From Candidatus Omnitrophota bacterium (GTDB taxonomy: Bacteria; Omnitrophota; Gorgyraeia; 1-14-0-20-64-10), in the NCBI GenBank assembly GCA_016201735.1, contig JACQCH010000007.1:17900-81899 (forward strand): 64,000 nt of DNA, given 5' to 3'. The position numbers were made by a program, and so were the translations under genes. The notes beneath the pieces are model-generated. The model did no database searches, was not told the origin of the DNA, and saw only the letters and a list, made by a program, of their open reading frames with translations. Below, in pieces: positions 44,418-52,738 of this stretch. How positions within the stretch are numbered: the stretch's first letter is position 1; every line of letters begins with the position of its first letter.

Positions 44418-44568
44418 TTCTGTTCCCCTCCTTGTTTAACAGGTCTACGACCTCCTGTTTCCGAAGGTCTGTCGCCAGCCGTTCCAACAACCCGTGCTTC
44501 TCAGCGTAGCGGATGAGGCCGCGGCTTAAGAGATCCAGCAACTCCTGGTAACGCTCCTCGTCGGTCAC
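44410..44568 (-). CDS. Small ORF (52 aa, GTG start) whose stop overlaps the recombinase ATG; candidate directionality factor or regulator
   Basis: Manual translation VTDEERYQELLDLLSRGLIRYAEKHGLLERLATDLRKQEVVDLLNKEGNRNG; GGGGG Shine-Dalgarno 8 nt upstream; AATGGTTAA / ATGGTTAAG overlap with the recombinase start. Below the 60-aa ORF-track cutoff. Confidence 0.25.
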   Translation of the reverse strand: MTDEERYQELLDLLSRGLIRYAEKHGLLERLATDLRKQEVVDLLNKEGNRNG

Positions 44569-44631
44569 TCATGTTCACCACCCCCTTTGCGTGCATTGGC
44601 ATTTAATCCGCCCCAGCCCACGCCGTTCCCT

Positions 44632-44871
44632 TTATAACGCTACGCCGTTCCTTTCCTGTCCATTCCCGGTACTCAGCTTGAAGAGCCGCTTGACCTGCTT
44701 TGCGGCGCCCTGTTCGCCGAACTCGTCCAGCACCAGTCGGCGGAAGGCCTTAAACTGCGGCTCCGGCAGGGCCGCCTCCGCAACGCGCAGCACCCGGTTG
44801 CACACAGCCCCATAAATCTCCAGAACCTCTAAGCCGACCCGCCCAAGATCGTTCATCCGAGCGGCCACCAC
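44632..44871 (-). CDS. Hypothetical small protein (79 aa) between terL-like and recombinase genes
   Basis: Intact ORF co-oriented with island genes; overlaps the terL end by 19 nt. Confidence 0.3.
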   Translation of the reverse strand: MVAARMNDLGRVGLEVLEIYGAVCNRVLRVAEAALPEPQFKAFRRLVLDEFGEQGAAKQVKRLFKLSTGNGQERNGVAL

Positions 44872-46154
44872 CGATCCCGGAACGGCGTTCCGGTCCCAAA
44901 TATCCTGATTGGGGAAGCGTAAGGCCGCTCCGGAGCGTATAAATCGGGCGGAGGATCGCCGGTGACCCCACAGGATTCGATCGCCCCTTGCTGAGAACAG
45001 CCGTGGTAGGCCAACGCCAGTGCCCAGACATAGTCGTCGTGGAGGCCTTCTTCATGTTCATAGCGGACAACCCCAGAGGCGGTTGCGCTTCGGCGAAGTC
45101 CATGGAGCTGGTGGATCAGCGCTTGGTGTCGTGGAATCTTGATCTGGCGACCCTCAAAGGCGATCCGGAGGTGGGTGATCAGCGACTCTTTCACCCCGCT
45201 GGTCAAGGTAACGCCCTCCACGATGGAGCCGAGCTTATCCCGTGCCTGCTCCTCAAGCGGAATCCCGTAGCCGGTGGCGTCCACCAGTATCTTGGAGGGA
45301 TTCAGCCGGTCTTTAAGTTGCTCGAGATAAGCCAGTTGCTCCGCGAAGCTGGCCTTCTTGAACTCGGCGAGGTGGACGACGCGGCTGACCGAATCTTCGG
45401 ATCGGGCGCAGCCGATCATGACGGTCGAATCCTGGATCTTCCCAAAATCGACACCGAGGCTAACCATCCCGTCGCCTTGGATGCTACTCCCAGGCAAGGT
45501 GTCATCCACGGCTGATAAGATCAGCTCATAGGGAAAGTAAGCCAATGTTTCATCGATGAACTCGCAGCAGTACTCCTGCCGGAAGCTGATTTCATCCAGG
45601 GTGGACCGGAGTTCCTCAATCTTTAAATCGGGGCAGGCAGTGAAATCGCACAGATGCTTGGAGAACTTGGGATCTTGTGTCCAGAGCCGGTGGAATTCGC
45701 CCCGTTTGCCCAGCGGTGTAGAGACAACCGTTAACCTGCCTCCACGAGAGATGGAAGGGACAATCGCCTGGAGCATGAGCTTGTCATCCTGGAAATGGGC
45801 GAACTCATCCAGGTACACATGATCGGCGGCAAAGCCCCGGACCGTGTTGGGGTTATTGGGCAGAGAATAGATGCTTGAGCCGTTGGCCAGGGTAAAGGAG
45901 GTCTTGGTCTCCTCCAGGAACTTAGGTTTGAGCGGCCGCAAGAAATCGTAAGCATACGAAAGAAGATTCATGCTCTGCCGCTCGGAGGCGGAGACGTACA
46001 GCGCGGCGTAGCGTTTATGCTTCAACACGCTCGACACCCCCTCCAGAGCGATCGCCGTCGACAGCCCGATCTGCCGGGCCTTTAAGACGATCCGGAACCG
46101 GTTCCAATCGGCCAAGAAGTTTTTCTGGTAGGGATACAGGATCCTCTGGTTCAT
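44853..46154 (-). CDS. Phage terminase large subunit-like protein (ATPase plus RNaseH-like nuclease)
   Basis: Walker A-like KARQIGLST, Walker B VYLDEFAHF, nuclease acidic motifs LGVDFG…D, VDATGYG, HDDYVWALALA; 433 aa. Confidence 0.7.
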   Translation of the reverse strand: MNQRILYPYQKNFLADWNRFRIVLKARQIGLSTAIALEGVSSVLKHKRYAALYVSASERQSMNLLSYAYDFLRPLKPKFLEETKTSFTLANGSSIYSLPNNPNTVRGFAADHVYLDEFAHFQDDKLMLQAIVPSISRGGRLTVVSTPLGKRGEFHRLWTQDPKFSKHLCDFTACPDLKIEELRSTLDEISFRQEYCCEFIDETLAYFPYELILSAVDDTLPGSSIQGDGMVSLGVDFGKIQDSTVMIGCARSEDSVSRVVHLAEFKKASFAEQLAYLEQLKDRLNPSKILVDATGYGIPLEEQARDKLGSIVEGVTLTSGVKESLITHLRIAFEGRQIKIPRHQALIHQLHGLRRSATASGVVRYEHEEGLHDDYVWALALAYHGCSQQGAIESCGVTGDPPPDLYAPERPYASPIRIFGTGTPFRDRWWPLG

Positions 46155-46551
46155 TCCCTCTCTCGCTCAGCAGAATGGAGATGTCCAGAGCTGGCGCATG
46201 GGCATCCCCCAACTCCTCTCTGAGAAGCTGGACGTACTCCCTTGTTTCCCGAAGGAGGGTGGCCAACGGTTCTTCATGGATTGCCTCCCCCTCCAGCCGG
46301 CGCAGGATCTCCTGGAAGCCGGCTTCGACGACCCGCTTGTAATGCTTGATCCGCTCCGTCTTCTGTGCCAGGCCCAACTCCCGTACCAACTCATCCACCC
46401 GCCTGCGAAACTCGGGGTGTCTCTGCCAGTTGTAGACCGTCGACTCGGCAACCCCCACCTCCCGGGCCTGCTCCTCATGCGTAAGCTTCCCTTCCGCAAT
46501 GAGTAAGGCCAACCGCTCCTTCTTGGCTGTCCACTGAAAATCAGGCTCCAT
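46015..46551 (-). CDS. HTH-domain protein, putative terminase small subunit/regulator
   Basis: N-terminal HTH (LTHEEQAREVGVAESTVYNWQRH), helical acidic C-terminus; directly upstream of terL-like; overlaps it by ~140 nt, so the start may be different. Confidence 0.45.
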   Translation of the reverse strand: MEPDFQWTAKKERLALLIAEGKLTHEEQAREVGVAESTVYNWQRHPEFRRRVDELVRELGLAQKTERIKHYKRVVEAGFQEILRRLEGEAIHEEPLATLLRETREYVQLLREELGDAHAPALDISILLSERGNEPEDPVSLPEKLLGRLEPVPDRLKGPADRAVDGDRSGGGVERVEA

Positions 46552-46596
46552 TTTCTCCAGTAACCCTCAGCCGGATAGAAAGCCGGAATTCTTGTT

Positions 46597-46680
46597 TCTG
46601 CTGCAGGGAATAGTGAGTCGCGGGGTGGGGTAAAGTCCGCTTTGCGACCCATGCTACCCCACCCTCCCACTCACTATTTC
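46597..46680. repeat. Long imperfect inverted repeat / hairpin (GGGAATAGTGAGT-CGC-GGGGTGGGGTA … TACCCCACCC-TCC-ACTCACTATTTCC)
   Basis: ~30-bp arms around a 22-nt loop, between the replication-protein stop and the terS-like start. Confidence 0.5.
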
Positions 46681-48377
46681 CCCAAAACAGGGACGATGAG
46701 CATTCTCCTTTTGTCATCCGGATCAGGCTCCTCCACGATCAGGCCAGCGGTGTCCAGCATCGGAAGGATCTCTTGTCGAAACTGCCAGGCCGCTAAGGGC
46801 CGCCCATAGGTTTTGAAGTACTGCTTCAAGACCTCCTGCCGCGTTAATCCGGATCCCTTGGCCTGAAAGGCGGGCGCGATCACCTCTTGGTACACTTGGA
46901 AGATATAGGGTGGCAGGTCGTGTTCCTGGCTGACCGATACCTGTTCCCAGAGGCGAAACGCCTCCTCATGATCGGATGGGTTGGCGATCACCGTTGGCCC
47001 CTGCCTTTCCCGGTGCCAGAAGTTGAGAAGGGCGAAGCCCTTGATCAGCGACATGAGCCGCCCGATGTCCCGCATGTCCCGTGGTTTTAACACAGTGCGC
47101 TTGCCCAGAAACTGTTCCTCAATCAGCTGGGTAGAGGGTATCTTGACGGTTTTAATCCGGGCCGCCTTGATGGCCGCGATGCGCGCCTTCAGAAGCTTTC
47201 TTTCCGGATTCTGATTGATGCTGAGGCGGTAGGCCTCCAGGTCCGCCTCCTTCCGGATCTTCTCGTAAACGGCCTCTCGGATCTTTTCTTGAGTAGTCTC
47301 GGGGCTCAGGAGGAAGAAACGGGTCGCCTCCTGCTCGTCTATCTTCATGTTTCCCGTGCAGAAGATCACGGCGGGGAATCCTTTGATGGAGATGTTTTTG
47401 GTCCGCAGGCTTCCTTTCTCCGATTTGTCCGTGATCTTCAAATGGAACTCCTTCTTGTCGTGAGACAGCAAGGGTCTGAGGTGCTGCAAGAGCAGCGTGT
47501 GGGGCTGGTCTAAAAAGATGAGGATCTTGCGGGACAGGTCGAGCAGGTATCCTTGCAGATCTTTCACGTAGCGGCCCACATCGTGGAAGAAGGCCGTTGG
47601 CGAGCAGTAACCCACAGCGAGCACGTCTTCGTTTGGGAACAGGGCCGAGATCTCGATGGGGATGTAGGATTTCCCGGTGGAGGATGGGGCGTTGTACATT
47701 GCGTTGAACTGCGCATCCTCGGTATAGGCCGACAAGGCGCAGAGAAAGGTGATCTGCTTGTTCTCGTCATCCCGCTTGATCGTTTGGCCCAATACCTTAA
47801 GGAGTTCTGTGGAGGCCATCGGTTGGAAATCAGCCCCTGCGGTATCTGCCGAACCGAGGTCTGCTTCGTTGCTTGCCGGGAATTCCCCGAGAAGCTGCTC
47901 GATCAGTTGATGGCCTTCTTCCTCGGGGTGACCGTTGGATAGCGTCTCCACCAGTTGCTCGGCAGCGCGCAGCTTCCTGCGCCGACTGGCTTCCTGTCGG
48001 ACAATGTTCACGTAATGGGGCAGGTGAGCGACGAGCGGGATCGCTTGGGTGAGGCCTGCGACGTAGCTGGCAGGGATGGAGCCGGCGTGATCGGTTGATT
48101 TCAGGGCGTTGCAGACCGTGACCAAATCTGCAGGCAGACCTTGTTGGATCAACTCCTGGATAGTCCTGCAAATCACTCTGTGCCTGGGATCGTAGAAGTC
48201 GTCCGGAGAAAGTTGCTGCAGCACCTGCTGGGTGGCAGAGCTATCCGTCAACAGAGCCCCTAAAACGGCCGCTTCCGCTTCAGGACTCCAAGGTCGGTTG
48301 GATATACCGGGTTCCTGAGAGTTCAATGTCTTTGAACGCATGCGCCAAGAATGATACGTCGTAACAACTTTGGCCAA
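46674..48377 (-). CDS. Putative replication protein: DnaB-helicase N-terminal-like domain plus P-loop NTPase domain
   Basis: PEAEAAVLGALLTD matches the DnaB_N signature; later SSTGKSYIP P-loop; 567 aa. Confidence 0.55.
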   Translation of the reverse strand: MAKVVTTYHSWRMRSKTLNSQEPGISNRPWSPEAEAAVLGALLTDSSATQQVLQQLSPDDFYDPRHRVICRTIQELIQQGLPADLVTVCNALKSTDHAGSIPASYVAGLTQAIPLVAHLPHYVNIVRQEASRRRKLRAAEQLVETLSNGHPEEEGHQLIEQLLGEFPASNEADLGSADTAGADFQPMASTELLKVLGQTIKRDDENKQITFLCALSAYTEDAQFNAMYNAPSSTGKSYIPIEISALFPNEDVLAVGYCSPTAFFHDVGRYVKDLQGYLLDLSRKILIFLDQPHTLLLQHLRPLLSHDKKEFHLKITDKSEKGSLRTKNISIKGFPAVIFCTGNMKIDEQEATRFFLLSPETTQEKIREAVYEKIRKEADLEAYRLSINQNPERKLLKARIAAIKAARIKTVKIPSTQLIEEQFLGKRTVLKPRDMRDIGRLMSLIKGFALLNFWHRERQGPTVIANPSDHEEAFRLWEQVSVSQEHDLPPYIFQVYQEVIAPAFQAKGSGLTRQEVLKQYFKTYGRPLAAWQFRQEILPMLDTAGLIVEEPDPDDKRRMLIVPVLGK

Positions 48378-48383
48378 AAAATT

Positions 48384-48908
48384 TTAGTCTGGGGGAGAAA
48401 GAGCCGTGAGCTTCCCAATCACGCTCTTCAATTCCCAGACGTTGTGGAGAAGGCGCTCATGCGATTCGAAGCGCCTCAACGCTTCTTTTAAGAAGCCGAC
48501 GTACTCCGCGTGGAGCTTCTTGAGTGCCTCTCGCTCCGCCTTGGTCAGTTTCGTTTTAACGGTCTCGTGCCCCACAACGACTAATCCCTCCGTAAAGAGC
48601 CCTCGGAGCAGCTCAGGCGCTTGCCTATCCTGTGGTTCGTGCATTTTCTGAAGCAACCCGAAGAGCCGGAGCTCCACCGGCTTCATCCGCCTAAGCTCGC
48701 GGATGCCGAATCCCAAGGAGCGAAAAACGATCAAAGCGCCGGCTCGCCGATACTCGTCTTCGGAGAAGAGACGGCGCTTCCCTCGGTGCGGCTCTCTCGC
48801 TGTTCGGAGAAGGCCCACCAGCCGATATTTATGAAGCAAAGGCGCGGAGACGCCAAACGCCTTCGCCACTTCTTCAACGCCGTAGGTCCTTTCCAAAACT
48901 GCACTCAT
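48384..48908 (-). CDS. MerR-family HTH transcriptional regulator
   Basis: N-terminal YGVEEVAKAFGVSAPLLHKYRLVGLL HTH; divergent from crp-like gene with palindrome TTATACATTGTATAA in the shared intergenic region. Confidence 0.6.
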   Translation of the reverse strand: MSAVLERTYGVEEVAKAFGVSAPLLHKYRLVGLLRTAREPHRGKRRLFSEDEYRRAGALIVFRSLGFGIRELRRMKPVELRLFGLLQKMHEPQDRQAPELLRGLFTEGLVVVGHETVKTKLTKAEREALKKLHAEYVGFLKEALRRFESHERLLHNVWELKSVIGKLTALSPPD

Positions 48909-49024
48909 CCAGCCTGTCCTCCTCGGGCATTAAGTATTATACATTGTATAAAACTTGGCATGCGTGTCAAGCGGATTCTTCGCTAACAGATCACTCGAAG
49001 CTTGTATAATGGAAGTACACTTCG

Positions 49025-49699
49025 ATGTCTCGACGGTACGGGGTAGAACTGTTTTTAAGGCAGGCGGAATTTTTTAAGAACCTCTCCTCGAAAGAGAGGC
49101 AACATGTGGCCTCTCAGTCGCTGGAGCGCACCTATGCAAAGGGCCAGACCATTTTCCACGAAGGGCACTCCTCGGATAGCGTCTGGTTAGTCATGGAGGG
49201 GAGAGCGCATCTTCTGCATTACCTCTCCGTCGGTCGGGTGCAGACGACCTGTGTGATGACACCGGGAGAAATCTTCTGCTGCCTGCCGGCGCTGGATCGG
49301 GGAACCTATCCGGCGACGGCGGTCGCCGCCACAAAGGCGAAGATCCTTCAGATTCCCAGCCGGATTTTTCATGGATTGATGCAAAGTTCTCCTGCCATGC
49401 TCCAGCAGGCCCTTTGTCTCTTCTGCAGCCGCCTGCGCCAGGTAGAGGCCAAAGGCTGTCTTGCCTACGATCCGGTGGAGCAGCGGATTGCCCAGGCCAT
49501 TTTGACCCTCCAGAAGAAATTCGGGGACACCATCCCCTTGACCCGCCAGGAGATTTCAGAATTGGTCGGCACCACGGTGGAAACCGCCATCCGGACCTTA
49601 AGCCGCTTCCAGAAGCGGGGGTGGCTGCGCTTAAGCCGGGGCAGCATTCAGATCCTCCAAGCAGGCGCCTTAAGTAAACTCTCCAGTTTGACTGTTTAG
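49025..49699 (+). CDS. Crp/Fnr-family transcriptional regulator (no N-terminal FNR Cys cluster)
   Basis: cNMP-binding beta-roll plus C-terminal HTH (RQEISELVGTTVETAIRTLSRF). Confidence 0.8.
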   Translation: MSRRYGVELFLRQAEFFKNLSSKERQHVASQSLERTYAKGQTIFHEGHSSDSVWLVMEGRAHLLHYLSVGRVQTTCVMTPGEIFCCLPALDRGTYPATAVAATKAKILQIPSRIFHGLMQSSPAMLQQALCLFCSRLRQVEAKGCLAYDPVEQRIAQAILTLQKKFGDTIPLTRQEISELVGTTVETAIRTLSRFQKRGWLRLSRGSIQILQAGALSKLSSLTV

Positions 49700-49798
49700 A
49701 GCCAACCGGCTCTTAGGACGAACGGCCTTCTCCCTCTTCCGATTAAATTCCGGATTCATGACCTATGTCATACACACCACCTGTCCAGTGAGGTAGCT

Positions 49799-50791
49799 TT
49801 GAGAATGAAGGCAAAAAGGGCAATTTGCCAAAGATGCCGTCTACTCTCGAGAGGAGAAGGAATTTTAGTGGCCACGCAGAACGGGATTCCGGTCCCTGAG
49901 ATTCTCTGGAACTCCTGCGACGGGATGATGGTGATCGACAAGAACCGAAAGGTTCTGGCCATCAATCCGGCGCTGGAGCGCCTCATCGGCTGCCGCAGCC
50001 AGGAGATAGCGGGAAGGGTGGCCTGCGGGGAGATGCTTGTTTGCCGCAACGCCCATGGTTGCAAACTTGCCCAATCTCCTTCCGAATGCCCGGGCTTGAA
50101 GGCGATCCAACAGGATGCTGTGGTCCCCACTGCGGAGTATACGATTCGGACGGCCGACGGCAGAAGGATCGCGATGAGCACCAGCTACACGCCCTTCCAG
50201 CTTCCGGGGCAACCGGTCTGGGCGTTGGCTGTGATGCGGAATGTCACTGCAAGGAGGCGTCGGGAGCGCCGGCTGGCCATTCAGGCGATGACCGATCCTT
50301 TAACCGGCTTGCCCAACCGGATGGCGTTCCGGCAGGCTGCCTTTCGGGAGATGAAACGGGCGGACCGACATCGTCAGCCGTTGAGTATCGCCATGGCGGA
50401 TCTCGATCGGTTCAAGGGGTTCAACGATACCTACGGCCATCCGATGGGGGATGTTGTCTTAAAGTCCGCGGCCCGGGTGCTTAGACAGAGGCGGCGCGCC
50501 TCGGACCTGGTGACCCGCTACGGCGGGGATGAGTTTGCGATTCTCTTGCCAGAGACAGACGCCGCAGGGGCAATGGTAGTGGCCGAACGGCTTCGAATCG
50601 CATTCGCCCAATCCCTCTTCGCCTCCGAGAGCTCAACACCTTCTTCGGTTTCTGTGCCGGTCACCCTCAGCCTCGGGGTGGCCGTTTTCCCCGGGGATGG
50701 GGCGAACTGGGAAGAGGTGTTGGCCGAGGCCGACAGAAGGTTATACGAAGCCAAGCAGGCAGGGGGCAACCGGGTGGCCGGGTCACCCTAA
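49799..50791 (+). CDS. PAS-GGDEF diguanylate cyclase with a 4-Cys motif in the PAS domain
   Basis: RYGGDEF active site; PAS carries CGEMLVCRNAHGCKLAQSPSEC (C-x5-C-x5-C-x8-C). Confidence 0.8.
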   Translation: MRMKAKRAICQRCRLLSRGEGILVATQNGIPVPEILWNSCDGMMVIDKNRKVLAINPALERLIGCRSQEIAGRVACGEMLVCRNAHGCKLAQSPSECPGLKAIQQDAVVPTAEYTIRTADGRRIAMSTSYTPFQLPGQPVWALAVMRNVTARRRRERRLAIQAMTDPLTGLPNRMAFRQAAFREMKRADRHRQPLSIAMADLDRFKGFNDTYGHPMGDVVLKSAARVLRQRRRASDLVTRYGGDEFAILLPETDAAGAMVVAERLRIAFAQSLFASESSTPSSVSVPVTLSLGVAVFPGDGANWEEVLAEADRRLYEAKQAGGNRVAGSP

Positions 50792-51173
50792 AGAGAGGAG
50801 CCTGAAAAGATGCGTTACCAGCCGCTTCGTGAGCGATCTCCGCATGGAGAGCCGTTTTTGTTCCGCACCCATATCCAGCATGGCGTTGTCTTTACCCATT
50901 TCCCAGAGAGGAGGAGCTTGCCGGCACCCACGTTTTTCGATCCTCTCAAGAGAGCAAAGACACGCCGAGAGAAGAGGGACTGGTCAAGGTTGATTTCGAA
51001 GCTCCGGGTAGCACTTCTTCCTTTTGCCTGGAAGCCATAAACTTAAGCCCCTCCCCCCAAGGAAATTCCCCCTTAGGGAAATTGTTCAAATCTATGAGCT
51101 GCGTCATACCCTTCTCCTCCGTTCCACGGTACCTTTGATCGTAGTGAGTAAAAGAAGAGGGGGGGTTTTTCCT

Positions 51174-51824
51174 GTGAAGCCTTGGCACTGCCAGGAGCCG
51201 TTCGTCCATCTGTCTGAGTCGGCTCTCAGAACTTTAAATGTGAGAGTGGAGGTGTCCCGCTATCCCAAGGGAGCGGTCCTGTTCCGCGAAGGGGAACCGG
51301 CGGAGATCCTCTGGGTTCTTCAGCGAGGGTGGGTCCGTTTGGTGAAGAAAACGACCGACAGCAAAACCTTAACGCTGGATCTGATGACTCCCAAGGATGG
51401 CCTCTGCGGCCTTTCCGCCTTCAGCGGAGATCGTTACCTGGCCAGCGCGGTAGCTGCCACGCCGGTGGAGGCTGTCCGCATTCCCGCGAAATCCATTCGT
51501 GCAATTCTCCAATCCAATGCCCCCTTCGCCTCCTGTGTGATCGGGATCTTCAGCCAGCGCTTCCACCACATGGCGGAGGCATACGCCACTGCGTTTGCCC
51601 CTGTTGAACAGCGGATTGCCTCGGTTCTGCTCAGGCTGGACGAGGACTTCGGGACGACCTTGCCCGTGACGCGGCGAGAGCTGGCGGAGCTGGCTGGTAC
51701 CACCGTGGAGACGGCCATCCGGGTCACCAACCGGATGCGTCAGGAGAATCTCCTCCTGATGCAACGGAAGAAGATTATCCTGGTGAATCCCAAGGGCCTG
51801 GCCCAGAAAATTCAGACAGTATGA
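51174..51824 (+). CDS. Crp/Fnr-family transcriptional regulator, paralogue of 49025..49699
   Basis: HTH RRELAELAGTTVETAIRVTNRM; GTG start 51174 preferred over the upstream ATG 51024. Confidence 0.75.
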   Translation: MKPWHCQEPFVHLSESALRTLNVRVEVSRYPKGAVLFREGEPAEILWVLQRGWVRLVKKTTDSKTLTLDLMTPKDGLCGLSAFSGDRYLASAVAATPVEAVRIPAKSIRAILQSNAPFASCVIGIFSQRFHHMAEAYATAFAPVEQRIASVLLRLDEDFGTTLPVTRRELAELAGTTVETAIRVTNRMRQENLLLMQRKKIILVNPKGLAQKIQTV

Positions 51825-51913
51825 CACAGATCATACATTTGTGTCTCTGATTTGCATAAGCTTGCATCTGAAACGCAAAGGAGAGGTTTGCCCATGCAGG
51901 AAGAACTACCCCC

Positions 51914-52738
51914 ATGACTCGGCGTGAGTTTTTGAGAGCGGTTGGTACCTTCATCGTTGTCGCGGCAGCCCTGAGATGGAAAACAGTGGTGGCGCTGGCC
52001 ATGAAGCCCAGGCAGGCCTATCCGCCGCTCCCCAGCGAAGTCCGCCGTGGCATTCCTGGCAAGAAGTTCGTGATGGTCATCGACCTGGCCAAGTGCGATG
52101 GCTGCCGGAAGTGCACACAGGCCTGTCAGGCCATGCACTTCACCCCGGCCCCCCGGGAATGGATCAAGGTCTACCAGATGCAGGATAGCCCTACGGCCGC
52201 CCCTTATTGGTTTCCAAAACCGTGCTTTCAGTGCGACAACCCCCCGTGCACCAAAGTCTGCCCGGTGGATGCGACCTTTAAACGTCAGGATGGGATTGTC
52301 CTCGTCGACAACGAACGATGCATTGGCTGCCGATTCTGCATGGCCGCCTGCCCTTACACAGCGCGGTTTTTCAATTGGGGCAATCCTTCGCACACGTCGG
52401 AAGAGCTCGCCACCCCTTACTCGCCTGAGTACGGCTTTCCTCGACGCATGGGAACCGTTGAGAAGTGTGACTTCTGTCCGCACCTGGCGCGGGAGGGGAA
52501 ACTCCCCCCCTGCGCGTCGGTCTGTCCGATGGGGGCGATCTATTTCGGCGATCAAAACGAGGATGCCGTGACAAACGGCCAGGGCGAGACCTTGAGGCTG
52601 TCGGAACTCCTGTTGGATCGGGCCGGTTACCGGTATCTGGAGGATCTTGGGACGCAGCCGCGCGTGTATTATCTGCCGCCGAAGAATCGGCGCTATCCAG
52701 CCCCGCCCAAAGTTCTGGAGGTGTCCCATGCAACCTGA
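51914..52738 (+). CDS. Tat-exported 4x[4Fe-4S] ferredoxin-type subunit (NrfC/PsrB/DmsB family)
   Basis: Twin-arginine signal MTRREFLRAVG; four Cys clusters (CDGCRKCTQAC…, CFQCDNPPCTKVCP…, CIGCRFCMAACP…, CDFCPH…C). Confidence 0.85.
   Translation: MTRREFLRAVGTFIVVAAALRWKTVVALAMKPRQAYPPLPSEVRRGIPGKKFVMVIDLAKCDGCRKCTQACQAMHFTPAPREWIKVYQMQDSPTAAPYWFPKPCFQCDNPPCTKVCPVDATFKRQDGIVLVDNERCIGCRFCMAACPYTARFFNWGNPSHTSEELATPYSPEYGFPRRMGTVEKCDFCPHLAREGKLPPCASVCPMGAIYFGDQNEDAVTNGQGETLRLSELLLDRAGYRYLEDLGTQPRVYYLPPKNRRYPAPPKVLEVSHAT

Larger units (their letters stand above)
42798..48960 (-). mobile_element. Putative integrated phage-satellite/PICI-like island abutting tRNA-Gln (serine recombinase, small ORF, TerL-like, TerS-like, replication protein, MerR-like); right boundary not determined
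   Basis: All genes co-oriented on the minus strand toward the tRNA; recombinase stop codon lies inside the tRNA 3' acceptor/T-arm; packaging and replication genes present but no capsid or tail genes. Confidence 0.5.
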
